From Vitrella brassicaformis CCMP3155 (Eukaryota > Protista > Chromerida), in contig CDMY01001015.1 of NCBI GenBank assembly GCA_001179505.1, positions 1 through 6,246 on the forward strand: a stretch of DNA of 6,246 nt, read 5' to 3'. The notes under the pieces are model-generated. The model saw nothing but the letters and a program-made list of their open reading frames with translations, made no database searches and was not told the DNA's origin. Positions 1 to 6,246 of the stretch are shown here, piece after piece. The translations under genes and the position numbers were made by a program. Within the stretch, counting starts at the first letter, position 1. Each line of letters starts with the position of its first letter.

Positions 1-148
1 AATCTTTGATGAAACCGGACAGAGCAGATAAAATATTGGTGGAGGACCTTCGGTCCGACTCTGAATAAACTACTTTATAGCCAACTGTCTAAATTCTCCG
101 TTGCAAGCAACTCCGAATTAGAACAGTTGGCGAAATATTTAGGTAGTG
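1..148. repeat. Left terminal inverted repeat (148 bp) with internal hairpins
   Basis: Base-by-base reverse complement of 5941-6088; identity stops at 149/5940. Bases 1-70 are also the exact reverse complement of 6177-6246, so the first and last bases of the window pair. Confidence 0.97.
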
Positions 149-303
149 GCAACAAAGTGAGTAGTTTAGTATGTGTTGTTTGAGTGGACGGATGACTTTA
201 AGAGGTTGCCTGACTGCGTGCTACGAGTTTATTCTCGGTGGGAGGGACCTGTGTGTTTTACGGATTTGCACCACTACAGTTATATGTTGGTTCTTTGAAA
301 TTC

Positions 304-1287
304 TTAACTTATGTAGAGAAAATCAATGAGAACCCATAATAATTCAACAAAATGCCAATATGTGGATTGTAGTATAAAATTTGTATTTTGAGGTATTAAT
401 ATTACCTTGAAACCAAAATAATAATTTAAAATAATAAAATTATAAATTAAATATAATGAATTAATATTTATTATTAATAATATTATATGACTTATAATAT
501 AATGATATAAATGTATTATTATATTTATTAATAATTTTATAACAATAATATTTATATTTATATAATAATAAATAAAATTAAAATATTCTATATATAATAA
601 AAATATAAATTTATTAGTTATTTTATTTATTTTATTTTTATTTATATTATATAATAAATATATAAATAGAAATAATTTTATATATTTATTATTTATTATT
701 TCTTTTATATTATATATATTTAATAATTTATATATTATTATTATTTTATATATATTATTAATAATATTTCCTATTAATGAATTATATATAATTGTTAATA
801 ATATAAATATTAAAAATTCTGATATTATAAATAATATTATAAGATCCCAAAATGATAATAATAATAATACAAATGTAATAATAAATTCTATTCTTATTTC
901 TATAATAAAATTATTATTTATTGATATATATAATAAATATATAATATAAAATAATAAATTATAAATTATATATATATTATTAATTATTGATTTTGTAAAT
1001 AAATAAGATCCTAAATAATATTTATTAATCCTAAGATCTTTTGATCTTGAAATAATCCTGAGATCTTTGTTTTCTTTTACTTCTTTATGAAGAGTCTCTT
1101 CTGTCTTACAAGATATTTCTATGCATTGAGAGATAATATTATAGCGAGCTTGAATGCTATGACTTTTATGATCAGATGCCAGTGAACGAGTAAATATTTC
1201 ATACAAGTAACAACTAAGCATCCTAGCGCACCATCTTCGCACGCGACCCTTAGAAAAGAGCGCACTTATTGCACCTTGAGAAAGCAA
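304..1287 (-). CDS. cox3: Cytochrome c oxidase subunit 3, mitochondrial, myzozoan type; true start uncertain (homology begins ~1035-1056, only ATG at 1221)
   Basis: Cox3 motifs in the correct order and spacing: ILFIISE, EY, HxxH (HLYH), and C-terminal FGFKVILIPQ..YWHFVELLWVLIDFLY. The last resembles the apicomplexan form (FG...IP...YWHFVEIVWLYIEFLFY as recalled) more than the animal/fungal YWHFVDVVW. TAA stop at 306-304; Trp in YWHF is encoded by TGG. Confidence 0.9.
   Translation of the reverse strand: MLSQGAISALFSKGRVRRWCARMLSCYLYEIFTRSLASDHKSHSIQARYNIISQCIEISCKTEETLHKEVKENKDLRIISRSKDLRINKYYLGSYLFTKSIINNIYIIYNLLFYIIYLLYISINNNFIIEIRIEFIITFVLLLLSFWDLIILFIISEFLIFILLTIIYNSLIGNIINNIYKIIIIYKLLNIYNIKEIINNKYIKLFLFIYLLYNINKNKINKITNKFIFLLYIEYFNFIYYYININIIVIKLLINIIIHLYHYIISHIILLIININSLYLIYNFIILNYYFGFKVILIPQNTNFILQSTYWHFVELLWVLIDFLYIS
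1026..1068. repeat. Imperfect 16-bp direct repeat with 27-bp (9-codon) spacing at the cox3 5' boundary
   Basis: taatcctaagatcttt (1026-1041) vs taatcctgagatcttt (1053-1068), one mismatch; gives KDLRI twice in the protein. Confidence 0.85.
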
Positions 1288-1364
1288 GCTTAACTCTTGG
1301 TCTTTATGGCTTCGATTTAGCGCACTTGTTACTGCAAGCGGACAGTTGCTGTAAAAGCTATTAT

Positions 1365-1383
1365 GTAACCTCCAGGCAAAGAA
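1365..1383 (-). rRNA. Short SSU rRNA-fragment-like stretch
   Basis: Minus strand reads TTCTTTGCCTGGAGGTTAC, matching my recollection of a Plasmodium mitochondrial SSU fragment (equivalent to bacterial GCCTGGGGAGTAC). Only 19 nt; the flanks do not continue the match. Confidence 0.35.
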
Positions 1384-1454
1384 CCTAAATATTTCGCCAA
1401 CTGTTCTAATTCGGAGTAAATCCGAAGGATTTATGGAGAATTTGGAACAGTTGG
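1383..1454 (+). repeat. Internal copy of the terminal hairpin element with an alternative apical stem
   Basis: 1383-1417 is identical to 5945-5979 (35 bp) and inverted to 110-144. ccaactgttc (1397-1406) pairs with gaacagttgg (1445-1454); taaatcc-GAA-ggattta at 1417-1433. Confidence 0.93.
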
Positions 1455-1478
1455 TTTATTCATCGTCTTAACCCGGCT
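1444..1478 (-). rRNA. Short LSU rRNA-fragment-like stretch (LSUG-type region)
   Basis: Minus strand AGCCGGGTTAAGACG...AACTGTTCC resembles recalled apicomplexan AGCTGGGTTAAGAACG...AGTTTGTTCC (bacterial GAGCTGGGTTTAGAACG). Short and degenerate. Confidence 0.3.
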
Positions 1479-1488
1479 TGTCGCGTGT

Positions 1489-1509
1489 TAAGACTCTTCA
1501 TAAACAGAA
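1489..1509 (+). repeat. 21-bp dispersed direct repeat (second copy 5754-5774; 14-bp inverted core at 1084-1097)
   Basis: taagactcttcataaacagaa read at both positions. Confidence 0.92.
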
Positions 1510-1773
1510 CTAATGTGACATGCGTAAGGTATTTCATATTTCTAATTTCGATATCAAATAATGTGGATTGTGTGAAACCGTTGTTCCGTTCACTACCGTA
1601 CAAAGAATTGCTCCAGGATTAATACATGGCTGTGAACTCAAACAAAGACGAGTGTGTCAGGATTTGATGTTACAAAGTTGCTGCCAAGATTTTACTCTTG
1701 GAACTCAACTTTTACTTTGCATCTTTCAAGGTAAGAAGGTAAAGTTGGAGCCACAGGTTGTGATATAATTATT

Positions 1774-1999
1774 TTGGTATTTTATTGATTTTATATTTAA
1801 TTCGTAAAATCCTGAAATAATTAATATTAATACAAATACAATATTATTATATCAACATATTATCTATCTATTCACACACTACTGTGGCGGTCCAGGTTAC
1901 GTCTTGCACTGTGTAGGTTATAAGAGCCAGCAGTAAAAGTTGTCATTTTGAATCAACAACTTTATAACCAAAATAATTAAATTGGTATTTTATTGATTT
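1774..1999 (+). repeat. 18-bp direct repeat (1774-1791, 1982-1999)
   Basis: ttggtattttattgattt at both positions; 12-nt partial copy at 4707-4718. Confidence 0.88.
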
Positions 2000-2196
2000 A
2001 GTTGTAAAATTGTTTATTTCTAATATAAGTAAAATAATTCTAATCATACATAGATATTTTGGTGCCGCAGCTGCTCGGTCGTAAATCCTATTGTGGAGAA
2101 TTCTTTATGTTATTAATTGATATAAATATAATAATACATATTTATTAGTTCTTGCTGTAAAACTGAAGTTGGAATTGTATTTCTTATAAGATAAAC

Positions 2197-2215
2197 AGAA
2201 TTAACCGTCGTTTTG
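2197..2215 (+). repeat. 19-bp dispersed repeat, one mismatch (second copy 3268-3286)
   Basis: agaattaaccgtcgttttg vs agaattaaccgtcattttg. Confidence 0.88.
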
Positions 2216-2773
2216 AACCGCGACTTTCAAATCCTGTTTTACCGTTAGATCCAATAATTGTTGATTCCACGCTGTGAACTTTGACATCCAGGATTTACAG
2301 CTCTAGAGTTGCGAGTTTATAATATTATTGATATATTATTGATTATAAATAATGAATATATATATGGATTATAATATTCTCTATATAACCTACACAGCAC
2401 GTGCAAGGTCTTGTATCAGATCGATTGTGGACAGATTGACCGATTGTGGAGAATTTCTGTTGTTGGAAATATTTCTAATAATTCATATATTGATATAATT
2501 ATAAGAAGTTTAGTTCGAGATTAATTGAACAATTGCAGGATTTTACGCTACGATCGTGGAACTGCTGTCTGTCCAACCTGACGGATAATTCTGTCTTCAT
2601 TAATAAATATGAAATTAATAAAATTATTTATCATTAATGGAAAATAGAAATATTATTATGGTCACTAATAACTCAATTTATAGAATTTGTTGTTTTAATA
2701 TTAAATTTATGGAAAATAGAATTTATAATAATAATTAATTGAATGCTTATTTCTATGTTATTAGAGATGTATA

Positions 2774-2792
2774 ATTATATTGGTATTATTAT
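2774..2792 (+). repeat. 19-bp dispersed repeat (second copy 4323-4341)
   Basis: attatattggtattattat at both positions. Confidence 0.85.
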
Positions 2793-3030
2793 GGCTTATT
2801 GAAGGTAAAGTTGTAATTTTATATATTAATATTCAAAACACTGCTTTCACTTTCAACTTTGAGTTCGTCATGTCACAATTGTAAGAATATGCACTTGGTT
2901 CTGTTTATCCTAGGTTGAGAGACACTTCATAAATGCCAAGCTGTGGAAATCGATGTTGCAAAATTGCTCTGGAAAATATTTCAACTTAATGGAATTTAAG
3001 ACATTAGTGTCGTAGCGTAAAGTCTGTCCA

Positions 3031-3140
3031 CAACAGTAAATCTTAAGATAATGATAAATTTGAATTCGTTAGAAAGATACATCAAAATGCAAATATCCGG
3101 CGCAGCCTAACGGTAAAACAGCAGTCCAACAGTAAATCTT
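3031..3140 (+). repeat. 14-bp direct repeat (3031-3044, 3127-3140)
   Basis: caacagtaaatctt twice; 10-nt core caacagtaaa again at 4548-4557. Confidence 0.85.
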
Positions 3141-3845
3141 CACTTGCTACGTTGAAAGACCAGATCCACCACATAGCCTCTAAACGCCAACTTCTGTTGT
3201 TACCCTTCATAGCAAGATTATCACCAATTAAGTTCGATTAATAAAATCCTTGATTTATTCAATTCTTAGAATTAACCGTCATTTTGGGCAGCTCTTACTA
3301 CCAGGATAATAGTGAGGTCACATCTGGATCTTGGAGAATCTTGGCAAACAGAAATAATTATGAAGGATCACAACATGACCATTATTGTTGGACAGCTGCA
3401 GGTCTCAAGTGTGAATGGTAATAGAAGACCTGTAATACCATACTCATTCAATATTTGGTATAATTTGATATTAAATTAATTATAAGTAAAATATTAAAAT
3501 ACCTAAATATAAATATTGTATCTTTAGAATCAATTAATGAAATCCCAGACAAAACTGCTTCCAAAGGCTGTCGGTTCAATGTGACCTTGAAACCAGAATA
3601 ATTTAATTATTTCACTTCTTACTAATAAAGCAAGATTATCCGGAAGGTGCCAGGTTACGTAGAGATCCACCAGCAAGGTCTCTATCAATGGAGATTAATC
3701 GAACTGGATTCACACACAACTTCTGTTCAGAGCGGCTTATAAGATCTTGCAGCAATAATATTATAATTATTTTGTGTTGAGTTTATAGAGAACCAAGAAT
3801 TCGCCCTCTTTGGAGCCAGATCTCAACTTTTACTCTCAAGCCGTA

Positions 3846-4183
3846 AATCCAGAATTAATAATGGAATATTTTATATCGATATTATTATTGACAGTTGAGA
3901 CTGCACCGTTACCACTCTACCTCCATATATATAAGAAGTGGCAGCAAGATAGATATTTCAAAGTGGCAATTGACACACGATTTCCTGGAGTTCGGTTTTC
4001 ACTCAACAGAAATAATTCCAGGTTTTATCGATGTAGCTGTAAAATCGATATAATTATGCAAGGTTAATAGATATCCATTATGTTGCATGTTTGACAGCCA
4101 GCCTAAACAAAGCGTCTATTAAACCAGGCATTTAATTCAGTATTTATTATTACCTTGCAACATCAAAACTACATATTAATACA
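3846..4183 (+). pseudogene. Possible heavily degraded cox1-derived segment
   Basis: Short cox1-like pieces in roughly cox1 order but different frames: RINN/ISILLL (~3850-3890), VAV..DII (~4030-4055), SIM (~4074-4082), LHINT (4169-4183; cox1 LHFNT). By eye and from memory only. Confidence 0.2.
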
Positions 4184-5940
4184 GCAAATTCCATCAACAC
4201 CTTTATCACCACGATCGGAGAACGAAGTAGATCGAGAGTCAGATGTCACTAGTTAACCGTTACCTTTATTACCAGATTGAGAGTTTATTCATTATTAGTA
4301 AGCAAGTTAAAACCGAGATATTATTATATTGGTATTATTATATCATTAATATTATTATCCATTAATAGCAAACAAAGTTCAATTCATGATATTATTGATT
4401 CAATCTTTGGAAGTGGCAGTTGTCGATCGAGATATGACATCCTTCATTTAATCAACAATTGTTGGAAATGCTTTATTTATAAGGGAATGCAATTTTAATG
4501 CAATTAACGGCGATAGCTAGTTTCTCACAGAACACAGACTTGAGAGTCAACAGTAAAACAAGAATTGGTTTCATGGCCAGATTATCCGCCATTAGTGAAC
4601 CTTGACAATTGACAGCGTGAACCGACAGTCAAATATGAACGGCAACTTCCAGGTTTTGTCTTTCATTTCATAAATTCCATTTTATTAAGAATTATAAATA
4701 TTTAGGATTTTATTGATTGTTATAAAATTACATATAATTATAATTCACTATTAACAGCTCTCAAGCCTCAAGTTGTGTTTCCTATTAATGGAGCAGATTT
4801 TACCGATCGGCGGAAATCGAGTTCATAAAATCCTGTCAAACGGAACTCTTGTTGCTATTATCTGCCACGATGTTGCTGTTGTGTACTTGCTGGGTAATAG
4901 AGGTAACCAGGCAACCGTCAACAATCGAGCTCGGCAAATCAACAGCTTATAATTATTTGAGGTTTAAGTTGAGTTTGGTGTTATTAGTAAGATTAATACA
5001 ATTCTTGGTTCTCTATTACCATATAAATATTTTACTTATAATATAATTGATATAATTTTAGATTAAATTATTATAAGAATTAATTTTATCAACACCAATT
5101 TATGTTGTCACTTGTTCACGGCAGGAAGTATTAACCTTGCCAGATTTACCGATGCGCCGGATCGCGGGCTGTTATAAGTAAAATCAAAACAAAGCAACTT
5201 TGCAACTCAATTTACAAGATCATAGCAATAAATCCACAATGGCGGAATATTTCTACTTTCTAAGATCGAAGGCTGGAGGTCATGAATCAGGTTTCCATTC
5301 ACTTCCTTCATTAGTTGTATCTTTCAACTGGACATAGTATTAATAGAACTGGAGTTGCAAACTTGCTGTACAGAATGAACCAAGATTTATTGATCTGGTT
5401 TTACGATCAACAGAAATTATTCATATTCAAAAGCCAAGTTGACAGATCACGGCTTTAAATGGTATTTGACGATCGTGGTGTGGAACTCGATTTATCGGTA
5501 CAACCGTTGTGTGGAATTTGTGTTATTATTAGATTTACTGCTGCAAAGACTTTCCACAGCCAGAGTCAACAGCAACATCAACAACTTGGCTCCATTATTA
5601 CCGTTATGTAGAGATTCTCCAGGCTGGAATACTCGCCAAGTCCGCGGCGGAGCCTTGTCAAAGAAAACCGGAATGCAAGGTTCTTGGTTTCCTACGTTTG
5701 TTGAATCGGTAATATCAACATAGGCACGCAATAGTCCGGAAGGTTTATTTCGATAAGACTCTTCATAAACAGAAGCCTAAGAGCTGTGTGAACTATAAAC
5801 CTAGTGATCTAACTTACCTAACGGAAACAATAAAAGTCCGAACCATGGCATCTTGAAATATTCTTGGTTAATTCGTAGTTAGCGGTTAAAGGTCAATCAA
5901 ACAGGTAATAACAACGGTTAAACATGACATCCATTTCGTA

Positions 5941-6088
5941 CACTACCTAAATATTTCGCCAACTGTTCTAATTCGGAGTTGCTTGCAACGGAGAATTTAG
6001 ACAGTTGGCTATAAAGTAGTTTATTCAGAGTCGGACCGAAGGTCCTCCACCAATATTTTATCTGCTCTGTCCGGTTTCATCAAAGATT
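5941..6088. repeat. Right inverted repeat, full 148-bp copy
   Basis: Exact reverse complement of 1-148. Confidence 0.97.
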
Positions 6089-6113
6089 GAAACCTTCCAG
6101 AGCGACTTTTAAG

Positions 6114-6246
6114 ACCTAAATATTTCGCCAACTGTTCTAATTCAAGATTTAACGCTACGAGTGGAAACGAGTAGCGGTTTATTCAGAGTCGGACCGAAGG
6201 TCCTCCACCAATATTTTATCTGCTCTGTCCGGTTTCATCAAAGATT
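6114..6246. repeat. Second, variant terminal unit in tandem with the first
   Basis: 6114-6143 equals 5945-5974 (30 bp); 6177-6246 equals 6019-6088 (70 bp); the middle 6144-6176 is different sequence. Confidence 0.95.
6153..6176 (+). other. Small hairpin with tandem GA mismatches and GGAA loop
   Basis: cgctac-GA-gt-GGAA-ac-GA-gtagcg. Confidence 0.65.

Noticed and set aside
1-148. Hammerhead ribozyme suggested by TGATGA (8-13) and CGAAA (131-135)
   Set aside because: The core needs CUGANGA and a stem II closing onto GAAA; the C is absent and the flanks do not pair.
421-1020. Low-complexity non-coding DNA or cox3 pseudogene
   Set aside because: The frame is stop-free despite near-pure AT, and conserved motifs keep their spacing.
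304-1056. Perkinsus-type programmed frameshifts in cox3
   Set aside because: All conserved motifs lie in one frame; alternative frames checked at 601-780 contain TAA stops.
1568-1768. 66-aa ORF as a gene
   Set aside because: Non-ATG start, no recognisable domain; only scattered few-residue resemblances.
3810-4067. 85-aa ORF as a gene
   Set aside because: TTG start; cox1- and cob-like words are mixed and out of order, with no continuous homology.
4277-5046. ORFs 4277-4498 and 4849-5046 as membrane-protein genes
   Set aside because: Hydrophobicity follows from the AT-rich islands; no continuous homology; TTG starts.
5439-5731. Overlapping antiparallel ORFs (94 and 79 aa) as genes
   Set aside because: Short, TTG starts, no family signature; not supportable without expression data.
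5865-5875. SSU motif GGTTTAATTCG
   Set aside because: The sequence is tggttaattcg, one T short and only 11 nt; too weak alone.
1455-5940. tRNA genes
   Set aside because: No cloverleaf seen by eye; myzozoan mtDNAs are known to lack tRNAs. tRNAscan-SE would settle it.
1383-6143. CRISPR array from the recurring 30-35 bp repeat
   Set aside because: Copies are irregularly spaced (169 bp to 4.5 kb), one is inverted, and there are no cas genes.
1-6246. DNA transposon, linear plasmid or virus implied by the TIRs
   Set aside because: No transposase, polymerase or capsid ORF; the only gene is cox3.

Overview
This looks like organellar, not bacterial, DNA: most likely a whole or near-whole linear mitochondrial molecule from a myzozoan alveolate (apicomplexan/chromerid/perkinsid/dinoflagellate relatives). 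It has one credible gene, an extremely AT-rich cox3 on the minus strand (open frame 304-1287; homology starts near 1035-1056). The ends are perfect inverted repeats: 1-148 vs 5941-6088, and 1-70 vs 6177-6246. The repeats contain a long hairpin, and a variant of it recurs at 1383-1454 with the same arms and GGA/GGA internal loop but a different apical stem. The remaining ~4.5 kb has no recognisable intact gene. It is a patchwork of 10-21 nt dispersed repeats, AT-rich islands, and very short stretches resembling cox1, cob, cox3 and rRNA fragments. All comparisons to reference proteins and rRNAs are from memory of Plasmodium-type sequences and were not computed. The organism cannot be named, and a nuclear copy (NUMT) or repeat-truncated contig is not excluded.
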